From NCBI GenBank assembly GCA_041163285.1, contig JBEARJ010000003.1:1-54553 (forward strand): DNA of 54,553 nucleotides, given 5' to 3'. Below, one piece after another: positions 30,295 through 41,050 of this stretch; positions within the stretch are counted from its first letter, which is position 1; the number at the start of each line of letters is the position of its first letter. The notes under the pieces were generated by a model that had not been told where the DNA came from, searched no databases, and saw only the letters and a list, made by a program, of their open reading frames with translations. Source of the DNA: Actinomycetota bacterium (GTDB lineage Bacteria > Actinomycetota > Actinomycetes > Nanopelagicales > Nanopelagicaceae). Position numbers and translations under genes: made by a program.

Positions 30295-30738
30295 CTAATT
30301 CGTTAAATCAGCAATCAACTCTTTAATTGCAATGAGAGCCAAATGGTAAGAATTCTTACCAAAGCCGGCAATAGTTCCGTTTACAACGCCCGAAACCACA
30401 GAGGTATGGCGGAATTCTTCGCGTGACATTGGATTTGAAAGATGCACTTCAATTATCGGTGCTTTGAGCATTGCGACTGCGTCTCGGATTGAGTATGAGT
30501 AATGCGTAAAAGCCGCCGGATTGATTATAACCGGTTGGGCATTATCGGCCGCTTGATGTAACCATGAAACTATAGTTGCTTCATCGTCACTCTGTCGCAC
30601 TTCTACCTCAATATTCTCGGACTTTGCAATATCTACAATGAAGCGCTCGAGAGTGGCGTAGTCAAAATCTCCATAGATACTCTTCTCGCGTAAATCGAGT
30701 CGTTTGAGGTTTGGTCCATTTATCACGAGTATCTTCAC
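30295..30738 (-). CDS. aroQ: 3-dehydroquinate dehydratase, type II
   Basis: 147 aa. [12 protein letters not shown] and [13 protein letters not shown]. Confidence 0.9.
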   Translation of the reverse strand: MKILVINGPNLKRLDLREKSIYGDFDYATLERFIVDIAKSENIEVEVRQSDDEATIVSWLHQAADNAQPVIINPAAFTHYSYSIRDAVAMLKAPIIEVHLSNPMSREEFRHTSVVSGVVNGTIAGFGKNSYHLALIAIKELIADLTN

Positions 30739-30747
30739 AACTGAATT

Positions 30748-31770
30748 CTACCTTCCTATTTTCTCAAGGTAGATCTTCTTGAGAACTTCATCTGGAACTT
30801 CTGTGCGCGCTGGATTGCCCAGACCCGTTAACGTTACGAATCTTATGGCGCTGGTTTTTCGCTTCTTGTCATTTGCCATATGCAGCAGCAAGGAAGCCCA
30901 GACTTCCTTCAAATAGGAGATCGGAAGCCCTAAGTCGGCGACTAAGCGATAGTGGAGTCCAACTTCGTCCTCCGAGAGTGTCCCCAACGAATGTGCAATT
31001 TCTGCGGCAAAGACCATACCAATGGCAATTGATTCGCCATGTCTTAAGTTGAAATCGGAATGTTTTTCAATAGCGTGACCAAGAGTATGCCCATAATTGA
31101 GAACCTCACGTTCATATGTTTCACGAAAATCACTTGAGACAACATCAGCTTTAACTTGGATAGATCTATAAATAATCTCTGTGAGATTCTTTTCATAACC
31201 ATCTTGAAAAAGATCCAATAACCCTAAATCCTTAATAAACCCACACTTAAGACTCTCTGCTAAGCCAGCAGTCAGATCCCGAGATGATAATGTTTCGAGC
31301 CAACTCAAATCAACAATAACCTCAACCGGTGAGTGAAATGAGCCAACTAGATTCTTCCCGGCTTCGAGATTCAGTCCGGTTTTGCCACCTATAGAAGCAT
31401 CCACCATTCCAGCTACCGTGGTTGGGACGCCAATCCAATCAATGCCTCGTAAATAAGTTGCAGCGAGAAATCCGGCAAAATCCGTAGTGGCTCCTCCCCC
31501 GATTCCCACTATTACTGAATTTCGATCCAAATTGTGAGCGGGCAATTGGTTGATTATTTGAGTGAAAGTTTGGAGATTCTTCTGTGCTTCACCATCTGGC
31601 GTCACGATCACTGAACCTGTAGTGAAGCGCTGCGAAATACGTTCGAGCAGTGATTGCTGTGTTATGACAATAAATCGACGACCAGACAGAACTTCAGATA
31701 ACCGCTCATACCAGTCTTCGGTAAACGTCACCTTGTAATCGCGTTCAGCGATTATCTGTATCGGATTCAA
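30748..31770 (-). CDS. aroB: 3-dehydroquinate synthase
   Basis: GGGATTDFAGF, and the metal ligands in NYGHTLGHAIE. Confidence 0.9.
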   Translation of the reverse strand: MNPIQIIAERDYKVTFTEDWYERLSEVLSGRRFIVITQQSLLERISQRFTTGSVIVTPDGEAQKNLQTFTQIINQLPAHNLDRNSVIVGIGGGATTDFAGFLAATYLRGIDWIGVPTTVAGMVDASIGGKTGLNLEAGKNLVGSFHSPVEVIVDLSWLETLSSRDLTAGLAESLKCGFIKDLGLLDLFQDGYEKNLTEIIYRSIQVKADVVSSDFRETYEREVLNYGHTLGHAIEKHSDFNLRHGESIAIGMVFAAEIAHSLGTLSEDEVGLHYRLVADLGLPISYLKEVWASLLLHMANDKKRKTSAIRFVTLTGLGNPARTEVPDEVLKKIYLEKIGR

Positions 31771-32270
31771 ATTAATTTCCCCCGGATTTCGGCGACTGTC
31801 TCTTTTGGCTTCTTATTATCGGTATTTACGCGATATCGTCCCAACGCCTCATATCGCTCTCGACGCTCTTCAAAAAGTTTTAGCCATTGCTGCCTTGGAT
31901 TCGCAAGCAAAAGTGGCCGCTCGGTATTGAAACCTACCCGAGGGGCCGCATTTGAGATTGAGACTTCTAGATAAACAACTTGTGGCTCATTTCGAAGAAA
32001 TTCTTCGACTTCAGGATCTAATATCGATCCCCCTCCAAGTGAAATTACGACGTTTTCTTCCTCCAAATGCTTGAGCACAATCTCTTTCTCGATCTTTCTA
32101 AAACCACTTTCACCTTCCTCGATAAAGATATCGCCAATCTTCTTCCCGGTTTGTCGTTCAATCTCTGCATCCGTGTCAATTGATTGAAGGTCCAATTCTT
32201 TAGCTAACATCTTCCCTAGAGTCGTTTTACCTGCTCCGGGTGGCCCGATAAGAATTATTCGCTTCTTCAT
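31767..32270 (-). CDS. aroK: shikimate kinase
   Basis: P-loop [12 protein letters not shown] and GGGS motifs. Confidence 0.9.
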   Translation of the reverse strand: MKKRIILIGPPGAGKTTLGKMLAKELDLQSIDTDAEIERQTGKKIGDIFIEEGESGFRKIEKEIVLKHLEEENVVISLGGGSILDPEVEEFLRNEPQVVYLEVSISNAAPRVGFNTERPLLLANPRQQWLKLFEERRERYEALGRYRVNTDNKKPKETVAEIRGKLI

Positions 32271-33451
32271 GGGAATTTCGGCAGATGAGCGAGATAGCTC
32301 TCAATATTTCGCTTTGTTTCTTGGACGCTATCTCCCCCAAATTTCTCGAGCACCGCTTCGGCGAGGACAAGTAGGACCATTGCTTCGGCAATGACTCCGG
32401 CTGCAGGAACCGCACACACATCAGATCTCTGGTTGATAGCCTTTGCTACCTCTCCCGTCGTCATATCAATAGTATTTAGGGCCTTCGGAATCGTTGAGAT
32501 TGGTTTCATGGCCGCTCGAACCCGGAGCAATTCACCGGTACTCATACCGCCTTCCGTCCCACCAGAACGATGAGTGCGTCGTTTAATCTCTCCCTTTTCA
32601 TTTCGTTCAATTTCATCATGCGCAAGAGAGCCACGTCGCGCAGCAGTAGAAAACCCATCACCAACTTCGACTCCCTTAATCGCTTGAATACCCATTAAAG
32701 CCCCCGCTAAACGAGCATCAAGTCTTCTATCCCAATGAACGTGTGATCCGAGTCCAGGCATTAAGTTGTAGGCAACTACTTCGACGACTCCACCTAATGT
32801 GTCCCCGGCTTTATGGGCCGCTTCAATCTCCTCAACCATCCTCTTGCTCAAATTCTTATCGAAGCAACGTACTGGGTCTTCATCAATGACGCCTCGGTCA
32901 CCAAAGTCTGGCAAATCAGTTTCTTCTGGCGCCGCAACTGAGCCAATTCGCACAACATGGCTTAAAACTTCAATTCCAGCTACCTGCTGGAGAAATGCAC
33001 GAGCAACGGCCCCTAGCGCAACTCTTGTTGCAGTTTCGCGGGCTGATGCCCGTTCCAAAATCGGTCTTGCATCATCAAAATCATATTTCTGCATTCCAAC
33101 TAAATCTGCGTGTCCCGGGCGCGGGCGAGTTAACGGCGCATTTCTCGCGAGATCTTCAAGCTCTGACTCCGGTATCGGATCTGCCGACATCACTTTTTCC
33201 CACTTCGGCCATTCAGAGTTTGCAATCTCAAGAGCAATCGGTCCTCCCTGAGTTTTTCCTTGACGTACTCCACCCACAATCCGTAATTCGTCTGCCTCAA
33301 ACTTTTGTCGTGCTCCACGGCCGTAGCCCAATCGTCTTCTAGCTAAATCGCTCTTGATGTAATCAGAATTAATTTCAATATGGGCGGGCATACCCTCGAT
33401 TATGCCCATCAGGCTTGGTCCATGAGATTCTCCAGCAGTTAACCAACGCAT
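32267..33451 (-). CDS. aroC: chorismate synthase
   Basis: [18 protein letters not shown] and SDVCAVPAA. Confidence 0.95.
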   Translation of the reverse strand: MRWLTAGESHGPSLMGIIEGMPAHIEINSDYIKSDLARRRLGYGRGARQKFEADELRIVGGVRQGKTQGGPIALEIANSEWPKWEKVMSADPIPESELEDLARNAPLTRPRPGHADLVGMQKYDFDDARPILERASARETATRVALGAVARAFLQQVAGIEVLSHVVRIGSVAAPEETDLPDFGDRGVIDEDPVRCFDKNLSKRMVEEIEAAHKAGDTLGGVVEVVAYNLMPGLGSHVHWDRRLDARLAGALMGIQAIKGVEVGDGFSTAARRGSLAHDEIERNEKGEIKRRTHRSGGTEGGMSTGELLRVRAAMKPISTIPKALNTIDMTTGEVAKAINQRSDVCAVPAAGVIAEAMVLLVLAEAVLEKFGGDSVQETKRNIESYLAHLPKFP

Positions 33452-33473
33452 ACCTCATTATCTCAGTTAAACG

Positions 33474-33863
33474 CTATAACTGGTTGAAGATAAAAGTGGC
33501 TACAAGAAAGAAGGGCGCGAAGGGAAGCTCCCGACCCAAATCTCGCCTGAAGAGTGTCGCTACGCCAGCGAGTAACCATGCCAAGAGATGAATCGGAAAG
33601 GGGTGGCTCTCGTTAAATGTAGCGGGTAACGGCGCGAGTCGAACATCGCCGTAACCCATCTTTCCGCGACTTACTCGATATACCCCGCAATAGAACAGAT
33701 AAGTGATCAAGGTGTTAAAGATCAAAAACTCGAGGAGGTGGTTTGGAGTGGAAAGAATCAAAACCCCAAGGCCGAGAAAATTGAGACCTTTGGGTATTAC
33801 GTGAAAACGCAAATCGCAAATAGCTATCAAGATAAAGAGCGCATAGTAGATGACCACTTTCAA
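33474..33863 (-). CDS. A24 family (prepilin-type) aspartic peptidase, minimal form
   Basis: 129-aa membrane ORF with both catalytic-Asp contexts (ICDLRFHVIP and MGYGDVRLA). Confidence 0.65.
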   Translation of the reverse strand: MKVVIYYALFILIAICDLRFHVIPKGLNFLGLGVLILSTPNHLLEFLIFNTLITYLFYCGVYRVSRGKMGYGDVRLAPLPATFNESHPFPIHLLAWLLAGVATLFRRDLGRELPFAPFFLVATFIFNQL

Positions 33864-33915
33864 ACGCTAATAGCGCTTGAACGACCAAAGACCCATCTTT
33901 TGAAAATGTGGATAA

Positions 33916-34653
33916 TCAGATTATCGAGCGAAGTTCCCTAAATTCCTCTGCGTAATCCAGCTCAATATTTAAGAAGAGCTCTATCTGCGGTATCGCCTGT
34001 GCCACAAGTAAGTCCTTCCCACCGAAGGTAGATCCTTGATTTTTGGACATTAAAGGAGTGGGCCAAGGATTATAAAGAGAATCAATGAGAAAACTGTCGA
34101 ACTCCGGGAGCTCTCTTTGTGAATTGAAGGCCTCAATCGGGGCACAGTTGATGAGGATTGAAGCAGAGAACGCATCATCTATTTCATCCCATTCTCTAAA
34201 TCTTGCCTTTGAATTCGATCGGAATAGTCCTTCATCCCGAAATGTACTTCGCCGAAAGACTTCTATTTCATAATTCATCTCTCGGAGTGCAACTAAAGCA
34301 GCCCTTGCAGTACCTCCGGCACCCAGAATTGAAACTTTTTCTGAATCCGTTTGGGCTCTCTTCTCGTTCAAGAATCGATTTAACAGAAACCTAAAACCGA
34401 TGATGTCAGTGTTGTAGCCCTTCCAGCCTGACGAATCCTTTACTAGAGTATTCACAGCCCCCGCAAGTAAAGCTTCGTTATCTATCGAACTGCAAAGGGG
34501 TATAACTTCCTCTTTCAGCGGCATCGTTAAAGAAAACCCATGCCAATCTGGGTCGTTGTGAAGGTGTAGAAATTCAGCGAGGTCGTTCCGCCCGACTTGA
34601 AAACGTTCATAAAACGCGGCAATACCAAGCAATTGGAGAGCCCAAAACCGCAT
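33916..34653 (-). CDS. aroE: shikimate dehydrogenase body (catalytic K/D and NADP site present). The N-terminus is frame-disrupted, so this may be a pseudogene (see findings)
   Basis: SLTMPLKEE, YNTDIIGF and ILGAGGTARA. The canonical N-terminus MNKYAVLGSPIA is encoded from GTG 34663 in another frame and stops at 34607. Confidence 0.7.
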   Translation of the reverse strand: MRFWALQLLGIAAFYERFQVGRNDLAEFLHLHNDPDWHGFSLTMPLKEEVIPLCSSIDNEALLAGAVNTLVKDSSGWKGYNTDIIGFRFLLNRFLNEKRAQTDSEKVSILGAGGTARAALVALREMNYEIEVFRRSTFRDEGLFRSNSKARFREWDEIDDAFSASILINCAPIEAFNSQRELPEFDSFLIDSLYNPWPTPLMSKNQGSTFGGKDLLVAQAIPQIELFLNIELDYAEEFRELRSII

Positions 34654-34659
34654 ACTTAT

Positions 34660-35679
34660 TCACTCGAAGGCTCCGTTTCGATAATTCCGCTTGTACTCAG
34701 CCTTAAACTTTAAGAATTCATCGTAAGATGAAGTAAAACGCGTTACGCCGGGTAGAACTGTTACGAAATATAGCCAATCACCCTTCTCGGGCGTAAGGGC
34801 CGCCAGAATTGCAGCTCTGGTGGGGCTACCGATAGGGCCGGGCGGTAATCCTTGATACAGGTAAGTGTTGTACTTACTATCAATCTTGGTTTCTGCAATT
34901 GAGAGCGCGATGTTTCCGCGCTCGTTCTTTATGAAATGTATTGTCGAATCAAACTGGAGTTTCATCCCTCTAGAAAGACGGTTATAAATGACCCTTGCAA
35001 CTTTATTAAAGACTTCTGGAGTGCCCTCGAGTTCGATTAAGGATGCGATAATCAATAACTCATCCGGCCCAAATCCTTCATACCTCCACTCAACGTCCGA
35101 GGTGCTTTCTTTGAAGCGCGTGACCATCGCACCTATTGCATCTATTGCGTTTGTATCTTTTGGAAAGGAATAAAATGCGGGATATAGGAAACCCTCCAAA
35201 CTTTTGAGCTTGAAATCAGCCGGTGGCGATAGCTCCGCCAACGCTTGAGTGACATCGCGCTCTTTGAAACCAGCTCCTACAAGTTCCTTAACGATTTCAA
35301 TCACTCGCGCGCCGTCACGGACTCTGACTAGATTTACAATCCGTTCTGCATCCAGTAATTGCTCAATTGCTTCACTCGCTGGAATTCTTTGTTCGATTCG
35401 GTGCTCCCCAGGAGCGATTCTTTGGCTATCTGGATTGGTTACCGCCGCTCTAAAATAGGCCAAGGACGATTTCACAATTCCGTTCTCCTCCAGGATCTCT
35501 CCGACCTCTGATCCGCTCATTCCGGTTTCAATATGAACTACAACTTCGGGTCCACGACTCATGCCATCATAATCAGGAGCCGATCTTGGCCCCGGCGCAA
35601 TTTCACGAAGCCCGAGCGTTAAAAGAAGAATGAAGATGCCTGCTAGCGTCAGAATGCGTAAATTAACGACTTTATTCAT
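34660..35679 (-). CDS. mltG: endolytic murein transglycosylase MltG (YceG family)
   Basis: 339 aa with an N-terminal TM segment and the YceG C-terminal pattern ...YNTYLYQGLPPGPIGSP. Confidence 0.9.
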   Translation of the reverse strand: MNKVVNLRILTLAGIFILLLTLGLREIAPGPRSAPDYDGMSRGPEVVVHIETGMSGSEVGEILEENGIVKSSLAYFRAAVTNPDSQRIAPGEHRIEQRIPASEAIEQLLDAERIVNLVRVRDGARVIEIVKELVGAGFKERDVTQALAELSPPADFKLKSLEGFLYPAFYSFPKDTNAIDAIGAMVTRFKESTSDVEWRYEGFGPDELLIIASLIELEGTPEVFNKVARVIYNRLSRGMKLQFDSTIHFIKNERGNIALSIAETKIDSKYNTYLYQGLPPGPIGSPTRAAILAALTPEKGDWLYFVTVLPGVTRFTSSYDEFLKFKAEYKRNYRNGAFE

Positions 35680-36100
35680 CTACAGATCTTCCGAAAAGGT
35701 TTCCTTGCAACCTCTCGCCCTCAAGCGCAAATATCAAAATCTCTGTCGCGGCCAATGCGTCAATTCCGTACTTTGAAATTAGTCCTTTATCGGTTGAAGC
35801 GCTCTTGGTTGATAATCTCTCATCGACAAGGCGGGTCGGTGCGATCTTCAAACTGGCAACTTCAGATGCGAAGTCTCTTACTTTTTCCACTGAAGCACCT
35901 TCGTGGCCAGACAGATGTAGCGGTAAGCCCACATAGATAACTGCGACTTCGCCATCTTCCGCAATCTGCTTGATTTCGTTCAGGACCTCTCCGGCTGGAA
36001 CGCTTTTATAAGGAGAAGCTATCAGGCCTGAGTTATCTGAAATGGCTATGCCGGCCCACTTATCGCCGAAGTCAATAGCGATTCGACGACCAATCATCAT
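35672..36100 (-). CDS. ruvX: putative pre-16S rRNA nuclease / Holliday junction resolvase-like RuvX (YqgF)
   Basis: RIAIDFGDKWAGIAISD, in the conserved alaS-ruvX-mltG order. Confidence 0.85.
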   Translation of the reverse strand: MMIGRRIAIDFGDKWAGIAISDNSGLIASPYKSVPAGEVLNEIKQIAEDGEVAVIYVGLPLHLSGHEGASVEKVRDFASEVASLKIAPTRLVDERLSTKSASTDKGLISKYGIDALAATEILIFALEGERLQGNLFGRSVDE

Positions 36101-36105
36101 TTAAA

Positions 36106-38781
36106 TTAACTCTTCTGTAGTTCGGCCTTGATGGAAGATATTGCAGCATCCAATTTCGAGACATTGACACCGCCGCCTTGGGCAAAGTCATCTTTGCCTC
36201 CGCCACCCCCGCCAAGCAGTGATGAAGCGCGCCTTGTTAATTCTCCCGCTTTGTGACCAGACTTTCGAGCCAGTTCATCTGTTGCACAAACAAGAACCAC
36301 TCGACTATCAACTATTGATGAGAGAACAACAATAGAATTCTTAACCCTCTCACGAATCTCCAGAGCTAACACCCTAAGTTCATCGGCTGCTAATTCGCCT
36401 TCAAGATGTTGGTAAATAAAGTTAGTACTGTCGAAACGCTCCGCTTGGTCAATTATGCCTGGAATCATTACCTTTGCTTGAGCTAATTTCACCACTTTAA
36501 ATTCTTTCTCCATCTCTTTCAGCTTTCGAAGGAGATTAGAGATTCGCTCGGGCAATTCTTCCACCCGAGATCCCTTAATTAATTCAGTTATTGAATTGAG
36601 AATCAGATGTTCCCGCGCAAGGAACGAAAAAGCGTCTACTCCTACGATAGCTTCAACTCGCCGAACGCCAGAACCGATAGATGATTCCGATAAAAGCTTC
36701 ACCAGACCGAGCTGACCAGAACGAAGTACATGTGTTCCGCCACAAAGCTCTTTTGCCCAATCTCCAACGCTAACTACTCTTACCCGATCACCATATTTCT
36801 CACCGAAGAGGGCCATTGCGCCAATTTCTTTAGCCTGCGAAATAGACATCTCTTGAGCCGTAACTTCAAGATCTTCGGCCAGTAACGTGTTTACTCGATA
36901 CTCAACTTCTTCGAGAGCAGACTTCGGCACGGCGCCCGTGGCCGGGAAATCGAAGCGGAATCGACCTGGAGCATTTTCGGAACCCGCCTGCGTCGCTGTC
37001 TCTCCCAAAATTTCGCGAAAAGCCTTGTGAACCATATGAGTTGCAGTATGTGCTCGAGAAATTCCCGCCCTGCGCTCTTTATCTATCTCAGCAAAAACTG
37101 TTGCGCCAAATCTGATTTCACCATCTAGGACTCGACCGCGATGCACGAATAAACCAGGTAATGGAGCTTGCACATCATCTACTTCAATTATGGCTCCATC
37201 TGAAGTTCGGATTATTCCGCCATCGGCTAATTGTCCGCCTCCCTCCGCATAAAAAGGAGTTCGATCCAGAACAACTTCTATCTCATTTCCGGTCGTAACA
37301 GATTTTTCTGCTTTACCATCAACAAGAACTCCGACGATGGACGCTTCGGCCGATAAATTTTCATAGCCTACGAAAGAAAGTGTTTTGGCACCTTCTGCGA
37401 TTTTTCGGTACTCGCTTAAATCTGTATGGCCCGTCTTTTTGGCTTTCGCATCCGCTTTGGCGCGCTCCTTCTGTTCCTTCATCAATCGCTTGAAACCATC
37501 TCCATCTATCGCTAGGCCATTCTCTTGTGCCATCTCAAGGGTGAGATCAAATGGAAAGCCATATGTGTCGTGAAGTTTAAAGACATCATCGCCGGAAATT
37601 ACTTTTCCACCACTTGCTCTAACATTTGCTGAGGCCTGATCAAAGATCAGAGTTCCGCTCTTCAGCGTAGTTAGGAAGGTATCTTCTTCGGACTCTGCGA
37701 TCTTGCAAATTCTCTCTTTATCTTCAATCAGTTCAGGGTACTGGGGACCCATAGCGTCAATTGAGGCTGTAATAAGTTCAGAAATATTTCGATCCTCTGC
37801 GCCCAGCAAACGCATATTGCGGATAGTTCTACGCATCATCCGGCGCAGGACATATCCCCTTCCTTCATTACCTGGGATAACCCCATCCCCAATCAACATG
37901 GTCGCTGTGCGAGCATGGTCTGCAATTACACGTAATGAAACGTCGTTTTTCTCATTAGAACCATATCTCACCCCGGATAATTCACTTGCGCGATTGAGAA
38001 TCATCGAAGTGGTATCTATTTCATAAATGTTTTCAACACCCTGAAGAAGCGCCGCGGTACGCTCTAATCCCAGACCGGTATCGATGTTCTTAGCAGGTAA
38101 TTCGCCCAAGATCGGATAACCCTCTTTTCCGGGCCCCTCTCCTCTTATGTTCTGCATGAAGACTAAGTTCCAAATCTCCAGGTATCGGTCCTCATCAGCT
38201 ATCGGACCACCTTCTCTTCCATAGTCTGGACCGCGATCAAAATAGATCTCTGAACAGGGTCCACATGGGCCAGGTATCCCCATTGACCAGAAGTTATCTG
38301 CCATCTCGCGGCGTTGAATCTTTTCTTTCGGAACACCTATGCGTTTATGCCAGATCTCTGCCGCTTCATCGTCATCTAGGTAAACAGTGACCCAAAGCTT
38401 GGATTCGTCGAATCCATATCCTCCTTCAGATTGGGACTTGGTCAAAAGCTCCCATGAAAGTTCAATTGCTCCCTCTTTAAAGTAATCACCAAAGGAGAAA
38501 TTTCCGCACATCTGAAAGAACGAAGCATGACGCGTCGTCTTTCCTACTTCATCAATATCAAGTGTTCGAACGCACTTCTGCACCGAAGTTGCCCGCTTGT
38601 ATGGCGCGCTGACTTCCCCAAGGAAATAGGGCTTGAATGGCACCATGCCCGCATTAACCAAAAGAAGGTTTGGGTCGTTCAAAACCAGCGATGCAGATGG
38701 AACAACAGTGTGCGTAAGTCCTAAAGAATTACCATTCTCAAAGAAGTTCAGCCATCGCTTTCGAATCTCAGCAGAGTTCAC
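36106..38781 (-). CDS. alaS: alanine--tRNA ligase
   Basis: 891 aa with a class II core, editing-domain HTATH...CGGTH and a C-terminal GGGGGGK. Confidence 0.95.
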   Translation of the reverse strand: MNSAEIRKRWLNFFENGNSLGLTHTVVPSASLVLNDPNLLLVNAGMVPFKPYFLGEVSAPYKRATSVQKCVRTLDIDEVGKTTRHASFFQMCGNFSFGDYFKEGAIELSWELLTKSQSEGGYGFDESKLWVTVYLDDDEAAEIWHKRIGVPKEKIQRREMADNFWSMGIPGPCGPCSEIYFDRGPDYGREGGPIADEDRYLEIWNLVFMQNIRGEGPGKEGYPILGELPAKNIDTGLGLERTAALLQGVENIYEIDTTSMILNRASELSGVRYGSNEKNDVSLRVIADHARTATMLIGDGVIPGNEGRGYVLRRMMRRTIRNMRLLGAEDRNISELITASIDAMGPQYPELIEDKERICKIAESEEDTFLTTLKSGTLIFDQASANVRASGGKVISGDDVFKLHDTYGFPFDLTLEMAQENGLAIDGDGFKRLMKEQKERAKADAKAKKTGHTDLSEYRKIAEGAKTLSFVGYENLSAEASIVGVLVDGKAEKSVTTGNEIEVVLDRTPFYAEGGGQLADGGIIRTSDGAIIEVDDVQAPLPGLFVHRGRVLDGEIRFGATVFAEIDKERRAGISRAHTATHMVHKAFREILGETATQAGSENAPGRFRFDFPATGAVPKSALEEVEYRVNTLLAEDLEVTAQEMSISQAKEIGAMALFGEKYGDRVRVVSVGDWAKELCGGTHVLRSGQLGLVKLLSESSIGSGVRRVEAIVGVDAFSFLAREHLILNSITELIKGSRVEELPERISNLLRKLKEMEKEFKVVKLAQAKVMIPGIIDQAERFDSTNFIYQHLEGELAADELRVLALEIRERVKNSIVVLSSIVDSRVVLVCATDELARKSGHKAGELTRRASSLLGGGGGGKDDFAQGGGVNVSKLDAAISSIKAELQKS

Positions 38782-38787
38782 GCTCTC

Positions 38788-39189
38788 CTAGAACTCCTCA
38801 TCATCTACGTATCGAGAACGCTCAGCTCTCTTCTTGGATGATTTCTTCTTACCCTTCTTGCGCATCTGAGCGGCGGTTAGGACTGCCCCAGCTGCCTTCA
38901 TAGCCACCTGATTCTTATCCAGAAAAGACGAAGTGGATTCAGCAATCTTGGTGCTCATTTCGTCGATGGTTCGAGTTACTTTATTAATGCTCTCGAGAGG
39001 TCCATTAACTAGCTCGACTGTGGTTGTGACCTCATTTAACAAAGGGGTGGTCTCGTTAGAAATGTTCTTGACGGCAACGCCGACTTCATCAATGGCTCGT
39101 CCTAAGCGAAAAACTGCATACGCAATGGAGATCGAGATGATTAGAAAAGCAGATGCCGCAATTATCGCAGCGATGCCACCGGCGCTCAT
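38788..39189 (-). CDS. DUF948-like membrane-anchored coiled-coil protein
   Basis: 133 aa with an N-terminal TM helix, a helical region and a Lys-rich tail, upstream of alaS as in other Actinomycetota. Confidence 0.55.
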   Translation of the reverse strand: MSAGGIAAIIAASAFLIISISIAYAVFRLGRAIDEVGVAVKNISNETTPLLNEVTTTVELVNGPLESINKVTRTIDEMSTKIAESTSSFLDKNQVAMKAAGAVLTAAQMRKKGKKKSSKKRAERSRYVDDEEF

Positions 39190-39260
39190 TGGGTCAGCCT
39201 ATCCAAGAACCCAATGCGATACCGGCAGCCGTGAATCTGGCGTGAGACCCTTACTAAGAG

Positions 39261-41012
39261 CTAGGACTCCTGAGATTTACTTTCAAGAGGTGCATCGACT
39301 CCGCTCTCTCGACGCTGTGCCGGGGTAATTGGAGTTGGAGCCCCGGTCAAAGGATCCCCGCCGCTTGCAGTCTTGGGGAATGCAATAACCTCACGAATCG
39401 ACTCTGCTCCGGCAAGGAGAGCGCAAAGTCGGTCAAGTCCAAACGCAATTCCTCCATGCGGAGGCGGTCCATAGTTGAAGGCCTCAAGAAGAAACCCGAA
39501 CTTACTCTGCGCTTCTTCATCGCTTAAACCAATCACGCTAAATACTTGGCGCTGGATCTCGCGTTTATGAATACGGATAGAACCACCACCAATTTCGTTT
39601 CCATTGAGAACAATGTCATACGCATACGCGAGCGCGTTTGCTGGATCGGTTGAGAAGCTCTTTTCGAATTCAGGTTTCGGACCAGTAAATGGATGATGGA
39701 CCGCAGTCCAACCCCCATCATCAGTCCTTTCGAACATTGGAGCATCAATTACCCAGAGAAATTCCCAACGATTCTTATCAATTAGTCCACACCGCTCACC
39801 AATTTCGAGTCGTACTGCGCCAAGAAGGGCTAAAGATGAATTTCGATCTCCTGCGGCAAAAAAGATTGCGTCACCATTCTTCGCTCCAACGTAAGAGGCT
39901 ATTCCGGAACTTTCCTCGGTTGAGAGATTCTTTGCAACTGGTCCAGATAGCGAGCCATCTTCCCCAACCAAGATATAGGCCAGTCCTTTGGCACCTCGCG
40001 CCTTGGCCCAATCCTGCCAACCATCTAATTCTCGACGCGGTGAACTTGCGCCACCTGGCATTACTACGGCGCCGACATAAGGAGCTTGGAATACGCGAAA
40101 GGAAGTATTTTTAAAGAAATCGGTCACATCTACGAGCTCTTGTGCAAATCTTAAGTCCGGTTTGTCGGATCCAAAACGACGTAGCGCTTCTTGATAAGTC
40201 ATCCGCGCAATAGGAGACTTTATTTCATAGTTGATAGTGGCTTTAAATACTCTGTTGAGAATATTCTCGGCAACATTTATGACGTCTTCTTGATTGACAA
40301 AAGACATCTCTATATCAAGCTGAGTGAATTCGGGCTGGCGATCAGCGCGAAAATCTTCATCTCTAAAGCACCGAGCGATTTGATAATAACGTTCCATTCC
40401 AGCGACCATTAAAAGTTGTTTAAAGAGTTGTGGTGATTGTGGCAGGGCGTACCAAGAGCCAGGCTGAAGTCTTACCGGCACCAGGAAGTCGCGCGCACCT
40501 TCAGGTGTTGAGCGGGTCAAATAAGGTGTTTCAATCTCAAGGAAATCTAAATCATCCATCACACTTCTTATCTCACTCGTTACCTTTGAGCGAAGTCGCA
40601 GCGCCTTAGATTGTTCGTCTCGACGCAAATCTAGGTAGCGATACTTGAGCCGGATTTCTTCACCGACATTTACCTTTTCCCCAGAATCGACTGGGAACGG
40701 CAATGGGGCGGACTCACTAAGGACCTCAAGTTCGTCACAGATAATTTCAATTTCTCCGGTAGGAATGTGTGGGTTCTCATTTCCTGCCGGTCGTCTTGCA
40801 ATCTTCCCAATGGCCAGAACGCACCACTCAGCGCGAAGTGATCCAGCAACTTTCTCATCGGATATGACTACCTGCACGGTTCCTGATGAATCTCGTAGAT
40901 CGATAAAAGCGACGCCCCCATGATCACGTCTACGAGCAACCCATCCAGCCAGATGGACCTGTTCACCGATTTGGCTAGCGCGAAGTTCGCCCGCGAGATG
41001 AGAACGGAGCAT
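39261..41012 (-). CDS. aspS: aspartate--tRNA ligase
   Basis: 583 aa. OB-fold N-domain, [18 protein letters not shown] and GGGSIRIH motifs. Confidence 0.95.
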   Translation of the reverse strand: MLRSHLAGELRASQIGEQVHLAGWVARRRDHGGVAFIDLRDSSGTVQVVISDEKVAGSLRAEWCVLAIGKIARRPAGNENPHIPTGEIEIICDELEVLSESAPLPFPVDSGEKVNVGEEIRLKYRYLDLRRDEQSKALRLRSKVTSEIRSVMDDLDFLEIETPYLTRSTPEGARDFLVPVRLQPGSWYALPQSPQLFKQLLMVAGMERYYQIARCFRDEDFRADRQPEFTQLDIEMSFVNQEDVINVAENILNRVFKATINYEIKSPIARMTYQEALRRFGSDKPDLRFAQELVDVTDFFKNTSFRVFQAPYVGAVVMPGGASSPRRELDGWQDWAKARGAKGLAYILVGEDGSLSGPVAKNLSTEESSGIASYVGAKNGDAIFFAAGDRNSSLALLGAVRLEIGERCGLIDKNRWEFLWVIDAPMFERTDDGGWTAVHHPFTGPKPEFEKSFSTDPANALAYAYDIVLNGNEIGGGSIRIHKREIQRQVFSVIGLSDEEAQSKFGFLLEAFNYGPPPHGGIAFGLDRLCALLAGAESIREVIAFPKTASGGDPLTGAPTPITPAQRRESGVDAPLESKSQES

Positions 41013-41050
41013 GAATAACCTTTCAGCAAGGGCGCACGGGCGCCATCTAA

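Noticed and set aside
33474-33863. An orphan A24 prepilin-type peptidase, as a hint of a hidden pilus or secretion system.
   Set aside because: No pilin, tad or pil genes are nearby, and a small A24-like gene between aroC and aroE is, as I recall, a conserved actinobacterial synteny feature rather than an accessory insertion.
33868-33878. A short palindrome CGCTAaTAGCG between aroE and the A24 peptidase gene.
   Set aside because: It has only 5-bp arms inside an operon-internal spacer, and a chance occurrence is likely.
41032-41045. A GC hairpin GGCGC-acgg-GCGCC in the 38-nt hisS-aspS spacer, as a possible terminator or attenuator.
   Set aside because: The stem is only 5 bp and no U-tract follows on the transcribed (minus) strand. 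It is more likely incidental, or at most a minor mRNA-stability element.
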